This document shows positions 54,601 through 63,787 of a stretch of 64,000 nucleotides of DNA, piece after piece; position 1 is the stretch's first letter; every line of letters starts with the position of its first letter. The DNA is from Octopus bimaculoides (lineage: Eukaryota): positions 57,476,846 through 57,540,845 of the forward strand of contig NC_068981.1 in assembly GCF_001194135.2 (NCBI RefSeq). The letters are read 5' to 3'. The notes below the pieces were generated by a model. That model saw only the letters and a list, made by a program, of their open reading frames with translations. It had not been told where the DNA came from and did not search any database. The translations under genes and the position numbers were made by a program.

Positions 54601-57600
54601 TTTATAATAAAATTGAAAAACAAAAAATACTCTTAGTACATCCTTCCTAGCCAAAAAAAACTAAGATAAAAAATTATACTTTGAGATAACAATTATAACC
54701 TGATTACTGAAAATCAAGGACAAAGCAGCATAAAAATATATATACCTAAACTGATAAGCCCATACAATTTAATATTTTAAGTAGTAACCTCGGTTGGAAT
54801 GCACTACCTGAGACATTATAGTTGTCCCCCTATTCTCTTCCTAAAACAAACCAATTTATTCCACTTTTGAGCTGTTTCTACTTTTCGTTGATATAGATCA
54901 TCATTACTTTCTCATGAACTTGTGTTATCCTAGTTGCACTTAGTTTATTAACTTTAAATGACTGAAAAGCTAAATGGATAGCAATGACATTTACACTTAA
55001 GATAAGAGAAAAAATGAACAAATAATCAAATTTAGTGTTATTTATTATCTCAACTATCACCACTCCCTACTATTATGTTGTTAACTGAAACCCAGGTAGA
55101 ATTGGATTTCCTCTAACATTTCAGATAATTCATTTTAGAAATATATTACATTGATAGTTTTGAAAATTAGATGTAGGGCTATTATGGGTTAGATCATTTG
55201 ACTAGAACTAGTAAGGCAGGGAGCTGTACCAGTCTGCTTTGGTTTGGTTTCTATGGCTAGATGCCTTTTCTAATGCCAACCACTCAACAGAGTGTAGTAG
55301 GTGCCTATTACGTATCACTAGCACAGGTGCCTTTTACATGTCACTGGCACAGATACCATTTATATGCCACTGGCACAGGTGCCTTTTATGTGTTGCTAAC
55401 GCTGGCCATGACTACTATTTCACTTGGCTTGACATGTCTTCTCAAGCACAACAAACTGCCAGAGGTCTCAGTTACTTGTCATTACCTCCATGAGACTCAA
55501 AATCTGAAGATCATACTTCACCACCTCATATATATGTATTTATTTAAATAGGCTTAATCACTAACTAGAAACAATCTTTGCATGATTTTAGGTTCTAATT
55601 AATAATAATGGTTTTGACACAGCAATATTCATAGCAATAATAATTAACAATGGCTGTTTTGTCAAGCAACAGAATATCTACAGGGCATCTATATATAAAT
55701 CAGGAAATATGTGACTTGGTTGTACTGGATCTGAAGCATGTCTAATTGCATGTTAAATTGTAATAGTCCAGTTCATAGTTTTCATTAACTTGGATTATAA
55801 CAAACATAATAAAAACATGACAGTCACAAATGTCAGTTGGAGAATTGCAAGTTTATAAATCAACACAAACATTGAAGATCTCCAACACCAGACAGCATAT
55901 GATGTAAAAGATTTTAAGAAATATTTGGAAAAACCTCCTATCTAATTTAAATGGCAGTTGATCCAGTACTGATCACAATGGTAGGTCCTGGAACCCTAGT
56001 GACTCAGTTTTCATGTAATGTTTCAATGAAGAATACATGAATATGGTTTCATATTGCCTTTTCCAGGCTCAGTGGGGAATTTTAACTTAACACAGCAAGC
56101 AAATATATTTTTCAATTATACAATGTTGCAGTGAACACTATGTGATACTGTTTCAGAGTTAGATAAAGTTGGTCGTTCATATTAAATAGTATTTAGCCAT
56201 GGACATAATGTTGAAGTAGTGACAGGATAAAAATTACCAGCTTTTCTGTTGGTTGTTTGGTATTATATATATATGGCCACATACACTCTCATAGCAGACT
56301 AGTCAAAACAAGAAAATGATGGCTTAGTTGTGGGGTGCTGAAGTAATGTAAAATTGCAGCCTCATGAACCATTAAACTACCACCAAGTTCTTTTCTTGCA
56401 TGATAGTACGAGTACAGTAAAAATATTGAAGTGAATAAACTTACGTGGCATTTTTTGGAATTGGAATATTTTATTTTTTATTTCTTGAATAGATTCATCA
56501 TCTGAAAAAAATAAATGAATAAATAAACGAATAAATCAATGAATGAATAAATGTAATTAAATATAATGAAAACTTATTTTGTTTTCATAAATTGCTGATC
56601 TACAGTAGTAAAAAGTTAGCTATAGCTTAAAGTGATTAGAAGTGAAGTAGAGCAAGTAAAAAGAAGTTTAATAATACCGTGAGGAATTAAATCATAATGA
56701 GTGCCAACAACAAGAACAGGGCATCCTGGAGCTTGTGCCTGTATATTGGCAAGCCAACATTTCAAGATATCTGTTTGTTTATGTCGAAGATCGAATACAA
56801 CCTGATAAAATGAAAATGTATTTAGTTAGTAGAATGCAACAAAAAGAGGAAACAAAACATCACATACTACCTTCAGTATTACATCAGAGTTTTAACTCAA
56901 CAATTTCTGACAACTTGTAATAAAAACCACATGACCTTGACTGCTTTATGAAGGTTAATTTACATCTTGATGTCCCCCAAATACTTCAGTTTTGAACATT
57001 CACTAAATTTATTAAATGTGCAATATCACACTACACTTGAGTACTGCTTACATCTGGAATGGAACATGTGGAGTATTCATATCTAAGATAACCATTCATT
57101 ATCACCATCTATGGCCAGATGCCCTTCCTGTTCCCAACCCTCATCTGTTTCCAATAGAGTAATATTCTCCTATGACCAGACATCTTTTTGTATGATACTG
57201 GAAATTAACAACACTGCTTGTATGACAGTGACACTCATTTAAAACTACTACAAGGTGGCAAGAAAGGAGCAAGAACTGGAAAATCAGAGGGTTGTGCCAA
57301 GCTCTACTGTCTGCTAAGGCATGGTTTCTACAGGGTTTCCTAATACCAGCCACTATACAGAGTGTGCAGTGTGCTTTTTACTTGGTACCAGTACATATAC
57401 GATTAAAAATATATAGTTGTAAATCCTTGTAATCTTACCAAATAAATGGCTTGACGAGAGATGAAACACTGGTGTGTACTGTAAAAATCTTCTTGGCCAG
57501 CAAAATCCCATGTTGTAATGCAATAGTTAACAGTTTTCTTGTGCCGGTAATGTTTGTATCTGGAAACAGATTTGTTACTTTTAAAAAGTGCATATTATAA

Positions 57601-58216
57601 GGAAGAAAAGACAAAGAGAATAATAATAAAATCAAACCAAAGTATTTTTGAAAAAATCAATTTTTTAATATATCTGAATATACCTGTAAAAAGACAAAAA
57701 AAGTAACAAAAAGATCGGGTTGGGATAGAATGAGTAAGATTGACTGCATTTTTGACTTAAAGAAAAAACATATTTTTTACAAATGTTCACTATCTTACGA
57801 AAACTATATCAGCTAAGCAAATGACTTTCTTTAAATGCATTAAAAACACTGGAACATATTCAGAAAATTATCAGCATATAAAAGACATCCTCTCACTCTC
57901 ATTCTTTATTTGTTATTCTCTTTTCCATTTACTCTCTTAGTCACACTGCCTTTAACAAATAGAGGCAATGTAGAGTAACCAGAACACTTTAGTCTTGCAA
58001 TGCAGCCTCTTAAATGTTAGCACCACCATACAATACACCCAGTACATTCTGTAAAGTGGTGAGTGAATAAGGACAATGTAGCGTTGAGAGTACCCCTTAG
58101 TTTTGTAAAGGACATGACAACCTCTCAAATATTGGTACCTCAATAAAATACACTCAGTACATTTTTCTGAGTAGTTGGCATGAAGAAGGGCGTCAAGTCA
58201 AAGGATGGTGGTGATA

Positions 58217-58251
<35 letters not shown>

Positions 58252-61200
58252 AATGATAACAATGATGACAATGCTTATATATTATCTAATGTGTATGTCT
58301 TTTTATAAATCAGTAGAATGTTGCTTGAAGATGATATAGTTACTATATGTAGTTGATCAGGTGGCTGTATAGAGTTCGCTCTTTAATATTTTCATTCAGC
58401 CATTACACCACTCTAACATAAATATATGTAAAAAATGGAAAACTTTAGACTCACATCCAGCTTTTAACAACAATACCAACAGTTGCTGTGTCAGTTGCTT
58501 GTTTCTTTTCTTTCATTAGACTTCGGATCAGTGTTGTTTTTCCATGGCCACCGTAACCCATCACCATCATCTTCATGGAATATTGTCGCTGGCACTATAA
58601 ACACAAAACAGAAAACTGAGTAAAGAGATTCCTAATTGATGTTAAATTTCTAGCCTATTAAATATATTTTCATATATTAATTTTTTCCTGTTTAATACTG
58701 TATTCTAGATGGTTCAATTTCTGTCATTAGGTACAGTATTCCAAGATAGACATATTCTATAGACCGTTTAAACTCAGAGCTTTATTTCTAATAATAATAA
58801 TCTATTTCTGATTTCTAAATTAGAAATAAAGATGATGAGTTCAAGCCCATCCTATAGCCTGGTAACAATCAGAATTTGGACTGATCCAAAACATAGTTTT
58901 GAGTAGAAAAACACAAAAGTTGTTATTAATTGTCATCATCATTTAGTATCCATGTTCTGAGAAATTGTCATTGTCATCATCATCATTTAACGTCTATGTT
59001 CCATGCGGGCATGGGCTGAGAAATTTCATTAGTACAACAATAATCCATCTTAGAAATTTCAATGTTTTTGACATATAACAAAACACATAGAAGTTGGTAT
59101 TGTTGTTGAATAACCCTGGGAAACTAGGCATAGTAGACGTATGACAAAGATCATAAGGACACAGATTTTTTAAAAGAGAAGTATGGTAGGTTGAACTGAT
59201 TTTAATACATGTTTGTTACTCATTTTATCAACATCAAGGGTCAAACAGCAGAGTCAGCAGTTTATTTTTGACATTCAACTCAGAATATTTAAGTCTGATG
59301 CACTCTAATATAATTATATATGCATTCAAGTTATTAGAATGTGTAACTCTTTGCTTATGTCAAACAGATATAAATTCAGAGGAGTAAAATACTCAAATAG
59401 GTTTTAGTTTGTACAAATTAAGAAAGAATCAAGTTACATACATTTTTTAATCTGTAACTGAGATCCAGAATGATGTCCCTCACTCTTCCTTTCATAAGTG
59501 TATTACTGAGGGAGATCTCTAGGCCATCCAGTGGCATCTGAAGAGAAAATGTTTTTATTTTGAACAGGAACAAAATGGAGAATAAATAGGTGGGGAGTGC
59601 ATTTAAAGTTAATAAGAACAGAATAAAAGCTGTGATGATATTCCTTGCTGATGAATGGTACAAATCTTCTATACTAATCAATTAAATAGGCATTTATAGG
59701 AGAAAATGACAGTCATTACATATGCAGAGTGCTCATAAATTATCTTTACAACTTTCACAATTTATTGTATCAATTAAAGTTGAAATCCAATGAAACCTGC
59801 ATAGAAGTGTTCTGATTTTTCTAATAAACCTTAATTTGTTTGCCTATGTTTTCCAATAATCTCTGCTGAGTTATCCTTAGTTTTCAAAGTTGAAAAGGTA
59901 ATTTATGGGCACCCTGTATAGTAAAATGGACACTAACATACTCAGCCAAGAAATCTGAAATAATTAAAATTACACAGCAGTGGATACACTGGACACTCAC
60001 CAAACACCTAGAGATTCAACTGATGATGCTTACATCCACATGCTATGGGCCATCCTGAATACTTTGTGGAAAAGCTCCCAATCAATGACTATATGAAAAC
60101 TTTCTTGCAATCACTGATATTGTTACAGAAAGGCATATGCATTTTTAAAGGACATAACTGGAGAGTTAGGCAAGTACTCATTAATCATACATTCTTATGG
60201 AAATTCCAGTATATATACACATGGGTTCACTTTGTAGCATAAGCCATCATTTGTCTGGACAAACATTAACCTCCCAAACACTGTGTAAGATTGTAATGGA
60301 TGACATAATCATGTTAGGAAAATCTGAGTAAGTTCAAGTAAATGAAAATTTCACCCTTAGTGATTATTAAATCATTTCTAAACAGTAGGAGAAAAAATCC
60401 TGAAATTTAATTAATTACAGTTAAATAAGTATGGAATACAGTTGATAATGAGTCAAATCTTTCACAGTATGGTGACAACTTGGGGCATATTTTTGATATT
60501 ATTAGGTCTCACTAACAAAGCATTGCAACTGCTAGAGCTTAGAACAACTACAGAGATATGGAGGATATTTGTGAATGAACACTGCCTCTGGGCAAAATGA
60601 ATTTTACATAACTTATATTATTTAACTGAAATACAATTACCTGAAATTATTCAAAGATGTTCAGGTGGGAGGTTTATCTTTCATTTTCCTAATGTCATAG
60701 ATTGAGAAGCTTATTTCTGATGTTAGGTTGCTTTAGGGTATATGTATATAAAGAAACAGTAGTAATATAAACATAGAATAAAATCCATACCTCCCATATT
60801 TTGTCACAAGCTCCGAGTTCATCTGGAAGGCAAGTAATTCCTTTATTGTAGCTAAAGTTCAAAGACCTCAGTGACTCCAAGTAACCAATTTGTCTTGGAA
60901 GCTAAATAAGAAATATATCATAAGAACACATTCATCATAAATTATGTCTTTAAAGATAAGTTTGTTATACAATATTTTTTCATAAGCCTAGAGCCAAAAG
61001 TTTTCATGCCAAGTCTTTGATGAAGAACTGAATCAAACACTTTATTATAATCAATGGTCCATCTACGAAGCAATCCAGACAGGAACTAGTGTTCTGACTG
61101 TGAGCCGAAGGATGTTAACTAATGACCTTCCATTAGTCCCTGAAAAAACAATGAGCTGGTTACAACTGGAATGCTTCTGATCTTAGATCTCAATCAGAGC

Positions 61201-62455
61201 AGAACTAGAGTTAAGCAACAACAGCCAAATCTTGGGAGATCATTATGCCAATAATAAGCACATACATACACTGATACTATTTCACTTCTTTTATCATTAT
61301 TAGCCAATTGGTTAAATGATTAGTAATTGACTAATCATCATCATCGTTGTCATCATTGTTTAACATCTGTTTTCCATGCTGGCATGGGTTGGACAGTTTG
61401 ACAGGAGCTAGCCAGCTGGGGAGCAGTCCAGACCCCAGTTGTCTGTTGTGACATGGTTTCTACAGCTGAATGCCCTTCCCTTCCTAATGCCAACCACTTT
61501 ACAGTGTTCTGGGTGCTTTTTACTTGCCACCAGCATGAGTACAGTTATGCAACACCAGCACAAGTGCATTTTCCATGGCACTGGCACTTGTAAAGGACAA
61601 TCCTGTATGTATGGATGACAGTGATTTTACTTGGCTTAACACATCTCAAATACAAGAAATTGCCACAACTCCCAGTCCCTTGTCGTTTTTACAGTGAGGC
61701 CCAACATCTGAAGATCTTTCCTCACCACTCCGTCCCACTTTGGTGGTGGTAGTGGTGGTGTTGACAACAATGACATGTGTGATATTAATTTTCCTTTTAA
61801 GTAAAAACACCAGAAAGTATTTAATTTCATATAAGATAAGTTTCAGTTAAATGAAACTATCAAGAGAAATGATGTAGAGATGTTACAAGTCACTATTTCT
61901 ACTGGTGAACGAATATGAAAATATTGTAATTATAAATAAAAAGAAAAAAAGAAACACTTTAATATAAATTCATCTTAATATGAGTGAGAAATAAAACAAA
62001 ATACATACATTGGATAAGAAATTGTGAGAAATGTCCAAAACTTCCAAGTTACTCCAATTCTTTGCACCTTTTGATAAATCTAACTATATATATATAAAAT
62101 TTAAAAAACAGCATTTTATTAGAATAAAATTTACAGCTTGAGATCAATGTGAAAAAAAAAATGTTTGCATTAAAACACTTATTCTCAGTTTTCATATATT
62201 TTTCTAACTCATATATCCATAACAAAAGTAAATGATGAAAATCATAGACATCTTGTGAATTAATCTTTTTAGTTCTTTAGTGCATTTTAGTCAAGGCCAT
62301 GTTAGAACAGTGTCTTTTAGTACATGAAAATATACTTTCTTTCACTGTGAAGGTTAACATTGATAAGATATTAAAAGAAAAAGTTAATATTAAAGAAAGA
62401 TTCTGAAATGTTAATTATATTTAAAATAATATATATAGGTGTTTGTTTATGTGTA

Positions 62456-62488
<33 letters not shown>

Positions 62489-62531
62489 GACAGAGAGAGA
62501 GAGAGACAGAGAGAGAGAGAGNNNNNNNNNN

Positions 62532-62597
<66 letters not shown>

Positions 62598-62953
62598 TTG
62601 GGAGTGTCAAAAGAAAATATGAGAAGAGAAAAATTAATTAAACAGTGCATAAAAATGTATTAGTGAATGGTAAGTGGTGTAGAGTAAAAGTAATCTTAAA
62701 GTGAGGCATGTTCAAGACCCATTTCATCAAGACCCATTTCATGCCCAAGAAGGGCATGAACATCACTGAAAGTCTTATTCTTTTTCTCTTAGGAATTTAA
62801 AATCTAGTGCATGTATAGGAGATTAACAAATATGTCAGAAATAACATAAATCAACAAATATCTGGAACATCCCCCTCTATCTATCCTCTCCTGACCACTT
62901 ATACTCTCCCCATCCCCTGTGCATAGGTCCTGATGCATTTCCAACACCATCTA

Positions 62954-63035
<82 letters not shown>

Positions 63036-63787
63036 TCTATCTGTCTTTCTCTCTAACTCTATTTCTATCCCTTTATTATACCTTAACCTCTCACCTGGCA
63101 CAAAGCTACTTTCCTCAGTTCCATTCCATCTTCCAGTTGAGAAGTCTTCATCTCATGAGTTACTTGGTGACCCCACTGAAGTTGGTGCCATGTAAAAAGC
63201 ACCAGTACTGGTGCTACATAAAAAGCAGACAATGGAGCCTGGTGCAGCTCTCCAACTTGTCAGCTTCTGTCAAACCATCTAACCCATGCCAGCATGGAAG
63301 ACAGATGTTAAATGACACTGCTGCCACTACAAAATAACATATCTGCACGATTGTGAAATGGAATAACATGTCAGATTATGCAGTACTAAATACAATGCCT
63401 GGAAATAAGATGAGACAGTCATGGCTAGAAAGATTTTGATTACCAGGCTGATTTATCAGAGTTTGCCTGGGCCAAAGAAATAACAATATATCAGTTCATA
63501 AATAATTGAATTCTTATTATCTTTGATTTGTGGGCTTTTATTTTGTTTGCTTTCGTTTATTCCGATTTTCTAAAAGTGCTTCTCCTCTAACATGCGCGCA
63601 CACACACACACAAATACACATAATAACTGAAACATACACATAGAGATATATAATGAATAATTTCAATCAACTTACATCATATATAAGGTTATCAGAAATA
63701 TACAATTTTTTCAGTTCTTCACAAGCCCACATAGCTGGTGGACAAATATTGGTGAGACTGTTGAACCTTAAATCTAGACAGACCAGA
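12623..63787 (-). CDS. LRRK2: Leucine-rich repeat serine/threonine kinase 2 (LRRK2-type), 3' 36 exons; 5' end outside the window
   Basis: 36 GT-AG exons with consistent phase (3,976 nt, about 1,324 aa). LRRs; ROC ([27 protein letters not shown]); COR ([15 protein letters not shown]); kinase (GKGEYG, VAVK, MELA, YRDLKP, DYGI, GTPGY.APE); WD40 ([14 protein letters not shown]); C-terminal helix. Collinear with human LRRK2 from about residue 1225 to the end. Confidence 0.95.
12872..13200 (+). mobile_element. Mariner (DD34D) transposase 3' fragment
   Basis: [37 protein letters not shown]...FYRQG...R*QKCV..GGGYVEK. Confidence 0.9.
13385..13456 (-). CDS. LRRK2: LRRK2 exon 35 (WD40)
   Basis: (G)[23 protein letters not shown] +g|gtaaac, phase 1-1. 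Confidence 0.87.
13640..13920 (+). mobile_element. RTE-clade LINE reverse transcriptase fragment
   Basis: [22 protein letters not shown]...[23 protein letters not shown]...LYWNQ. Confidence 0.85.
13921..14512 (+). mobile_element. RTE-family 3' region with internal 42-bp tandem array and (GAT)n tail
   Basis: 42-bp units start at 14006, 14048, 14090, 14132 and 14174 (partial), followed by the common family tail. Confidence 0.8.
14614..14792 (-). CDS. LRRK2: LRRK2 exon 34 (WD40)
   Basis: (D)[59 protein letters not shown] +g|gtaatt. Confidence 0.95.
15967..16122 (-). CDS. LRRK2: LRRK2 exon 33 (WD40)
   Basis: (C)[51 protein letters not shown] +ga|gtaagt. Confidence 0.92.
16190..16370 (-). mobile_element. 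tRNA-derived SINE, family B
   Basis: On +: ggcacaaggccagcaa..gattacatcgaccccagt..caactggta..aggatgaaaggcaaagt.gacct..ggaatttgaactcagaa. Copies at about 16515-16720, 38840-39050, 39410-39610, 41945-42130, 48710-48950 and 49598-49795; opposite orientation at about 43720-43990, 49105-49320 and 51895-52095. Confidence 0.75.
16785..17473 (+). mobile_element. RTE LINE 3' end (ORF terminus plus 3' region with four 66-bp repeats)
   Basis: [24 protein letters not shown]-like ORF end; repeat units start at 17065, 17131, 17196 and 17262; (GAT)n tail. Confidence 0.85.
18160..18374 (-). CDS. LRRK2: LRRK2 exon 32 (WD40)
   Basis: [33 protein letters not shown]...KRKYDGS +tg|gtaatg. Confidence 0.88.
18711..18789 (-). 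CDS. LRRK2: LRRK2 exon 31 (WD40)
   Basis: (R)[26 protein letters not shown] |gtaagt. Confidence 0.92.
20609..20778 (-). CDS. LRRK2: LRRK2 exon 30 (WD40)
   Basis: [56 protein letters not shown] +cg|gtgaga. Confidence 0.9.
22349..23635 (+). mobile_element. Near full-length decayed maT-type (DD37D) Tc1/mariner transposon
   Basis: About 1.29 kb with TA flanks and imperfect TIRs (cattgtgtgatgggtaaattgt vs RC caggatgtggtgaataaattgt). Transposase WFFSDDK...QNNRW...[10 protein letters not shown]...WPPKSLDC(NP)LDY; D-to-D spacing is 37 once a 7-nt deletion is restored. Several stops. Confidence 0.88.
24193..24294 (-). CDS. LRRK2: LRRK2 exon 29 (WD40)
   Basis: [34 protein letters not shown] |gtttgt. 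Confidence 0.88.
24784..24885 (-). CDS. LRRK2: LRRK2 exon 28 (kinase-WD40 linker)
   Basis: [34 protein letters not shown] |gtaagt. Confidence 0.92.
25724..26640 (-). mobile_element. 5'-truncated RTE LINE (ORF C-terminus plus 3' region)
   Basis: [40 protein letters not shown]; ends in (GAT)n on the minus strand. Confidence 0.88.
26966..27070 (-). CDS. LRRK2: LRRK2 exon 27 (kinase C-lobe)
   Basis: [35 protein letters not shown] |gtaagt. Confidence 0.95.
28403..28510 (-). CDS. LRRK2: LRRK2 exon 26 (kinase C-lobe)
   Basis: [36 protein letters not shown] |gtaagt. Confidence 0.95.
29628..29753 (-). CDS. LRRK2: LRRK2 exon 25 (DYG motif, activation loop)
   Basis: [42 protein letters not shown] |gtaagg. 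Confidence 0.96.
29975..31190 (+). mobile_element. Decayed R4/Dong-like (RLE) non-LTR retrotransposon
   Basis: [19 protein letters not shown]; [15 protein letters not shown]; CCHC remnant [16 protein letters not shown]...KHN; endonuclease [11 protein letters not shown]. Confidence 0.85.
31793..31891 (-). CDS. LRRK2: LRRK2 exon 24 (kinase catalytic loop)
   Basis: [33 protein letters not shown] |gtaagt. Confidence 0.96.
32394..32561 (-). CDS. LRRK2: LRRK2 exon 23 (kinase hinge)
   Basis: [56 protein letters not shown] |gtaaga. Confidence 0.95.
34243..34307. repeat. Perfect 14-bp tandem repeat (4.6 copies)
   Basis: (caggataaagattt)x4 plus caggataaa. Confidence 0.95.
34540..36190 (-). mobile_element. 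Decayed, interrupted Penelope-like retroelement (RT region)
   Basis: [44 protein letters not shown] and DIYRDDDRL (cf. GLYRDDG), in order on the minus strand. Boundaries approximate. Confidence 0.5.
37697..37762 (-). CDS. LRRK2: LRRK2 exon 22 (kinase VAVK, alpha-C Glu)
   Basis: [22 protein letters not shown] |gtaaga. Confidence 0.93.
38202..38265 (-). CDS. LRRK2: LRRK2 exon 21 (kinase Gly-rich loop)
   Basis: (I)[21 protein letters not shown] |gtatgt. Confidence 0.92.
39123..39196 (-). CDS. LRRK2: LRRK2 exon 20 (COR-kinase linker)
   Basis: [24 protein letters not shown] +at|gtaata. Confidence 0.92.
40344..40450 (-). CDS. LRRK2: LRRK2 exon 19 (COR-B)
   Basis: (E)[35 protein letters not shown] |gtaaat. 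Confidence 0.9.
40688..40812 (-). CDS. LRRK2: LRRK2 exon 18 (COR-B)
   Basis: (R)[41 protein letters not shown] +g|gtgtgt. Confidence 0.95.
41092..41311. mobile_element. Mariner-derived MITE (about 220 bp)
   Basis: TIRs gaaggggatgctgaaaagttcctg and RC caagggggtgctgaaaatttcttg; interior resembles a mariner 3' end (..[14 protein letters not shown]). Confidence 0.75.
42352..42431 (-). CDS. LRRK2: LRRK2 exon 17 (COR-B)
   Basis: [26 protein letters not shown] +ag|gtatag. Confidence 0.88.
42690..43010 (-). mobile_element. Mariner transposase N-terminal (HTH) fragment
   Basis: [54 protein letters not shown]. Confidence 0.85.
44298..44369 (-). CDS. LRRK2: LRRK2 exon 16 (COR-B)
   Basis: [24 protein letters not shown] |gtaagt (cf. 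human YWRQGIYLNWS). Confidence 0.9.
44540..45150 (+). mobile_element. Decayed CR1/L2-like LINE (endonuclease end to RT start)
   Basis: ggaatatatcccaagacatgg...cccattcttaag...aactacc..ctcacttcc (cf. G.FP..WK..PI.K..NYRPISLTS); frameshifted. Confidence 0.45.
46340..46615 (+). mobile_element. Mariner transposase C-terminal fragment
   Basis: [28 protein letters not shown]..., then in a shifted frame ..[19 protein letters not shown]. Confidence 0.8.
46993..47087 (-). CDS. LRRK2: LRRK2 exon 15 (COR-B); acceptor uncertain, may extend upstream to 47165 or beyond
   Basis: (T)[31 protein letters not shown] |gtaatt; further in-phase acceptors lie upstream in an open frame. Confidence 0.85.
48411..48499 (-). 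CDS. LRRK2: LRRK2 exon 14 (COR-A)
   Basis: (K)[29 protein letters not shown] +a|gttagt. Confidence 0.92.
48613..48693. repeat. (TAA)n/(TGA)n microsatellite
   Basis: About 27 trinucleotide units. Confidence 0.95.
49837..49949 (-). CDS. LRRK2: LRRK2 exon 13 (COR-A)
   Basis: [37 protein letters not shown] +aa|gtaaga. Confidence 0.92.
50451..50609 (-). CDS. LRRK2: LRRK2 exon 12 (COR-A)
   Basis: [53 protein letters not shown] |gtgaga. Confidence 0.95.
51476..51604 (-). CDS. LRRK2: LRRK2 exon 11 (COR-A)
   Basis: [43 protein letters not shown] |gtaatt. Confidence 0.9.
52941..52995 (-). CDS. LRRK2: LRRK2 exon 10 (ROC-COR junction)
   Basis: (S)[18 protein letters not shown] |gtaaat. Confidence 0.92.
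53719..53815 (-). CDS. LRRK2: LRRK2 exon 9 (ROC G5 region)
   Basis: (H)[31 protein letters not shown] +tc|gtgagt. Confidence 0.9.
54180..54500 (-). mobile_element. Decayed RTE-like LINE C-terminal region
   Basis: ..[28 protein letters not shown] (cf. LYG..P..RLRFAGHC..LVLW.P.HG..GRP). Confidence 0.4.
56445..56501 (-). CDS. LRRK2: LRRK2 exon 8 (ROC)
   Basis: (D)[18 protein letters not shown] +c|gtaagt; phase 1-1 fits both neighbours. Confidence 0.85.
56678..56801 (-). CDS. LRRK2: LRRK2 exon 7 (ROC G4)
   Basis: [41 protein letters not shown] +g|gtatta. Confidence 0.93.
57439..57559 (-). CDS. LRRK2: LRRK2 exon 6 (ROC G3, switch II)
   Basis: [40 protein letters not shown] |gtaaga. Confidence 0.95.
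58455..58594 (-). CDS. LRRK2: LRRK2 exon 5 (ROC P-loop, switch I)
   Basis: [46 protein letters not shown] +at|gtgagt. Confidence 0.95.
59442..59537 (-). CDS. LRRK2: LRRK2 exon 4 (LRR-ROC linker)
   Basis: [32 protein letters not shown] |gtatgt. Confidence 0.9.
60791..60901 (-). CDS. LRRK2: LRRK2 exon 3 (LRR)
   Basis: [37 protein letters not shown] |gtatgg. Confidence 0.92.
62009..62083 (-). CDS. LRRK2: LRRK2 exon 2 (LRR)
   Basis: [25 protein letters not shown] |gtatgt, phase 0-0. Confidence 0.9.
62458..62597. repeat. (AG)n/(ACAG) microsatellite with 10-N gap
   Basis: AG run with N at 62522-62531; (CT)n(CA)n nearby at about 62955-63033. Confidence 0.95.
63676..63787 (-). CDS. LRRK2: LRRK2 exon 1 of window (LRR)
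   Basis: tttttag|t [37 protein letters not shown] |gtaagt. Confidence 0.9.

Noticed and set aside
56185-56210. LCPWLNTI resembling ROC KPWL.NI
   Set aside because: An in-frame stop follows immediately; the real motif is in exon 56678-56801.
62713-62760. 15-bp tandem duplication followed by a 9-bp-stem hairpin
   Set aside because: Too short to distinguish from local slippage or chance; no element ends identified.
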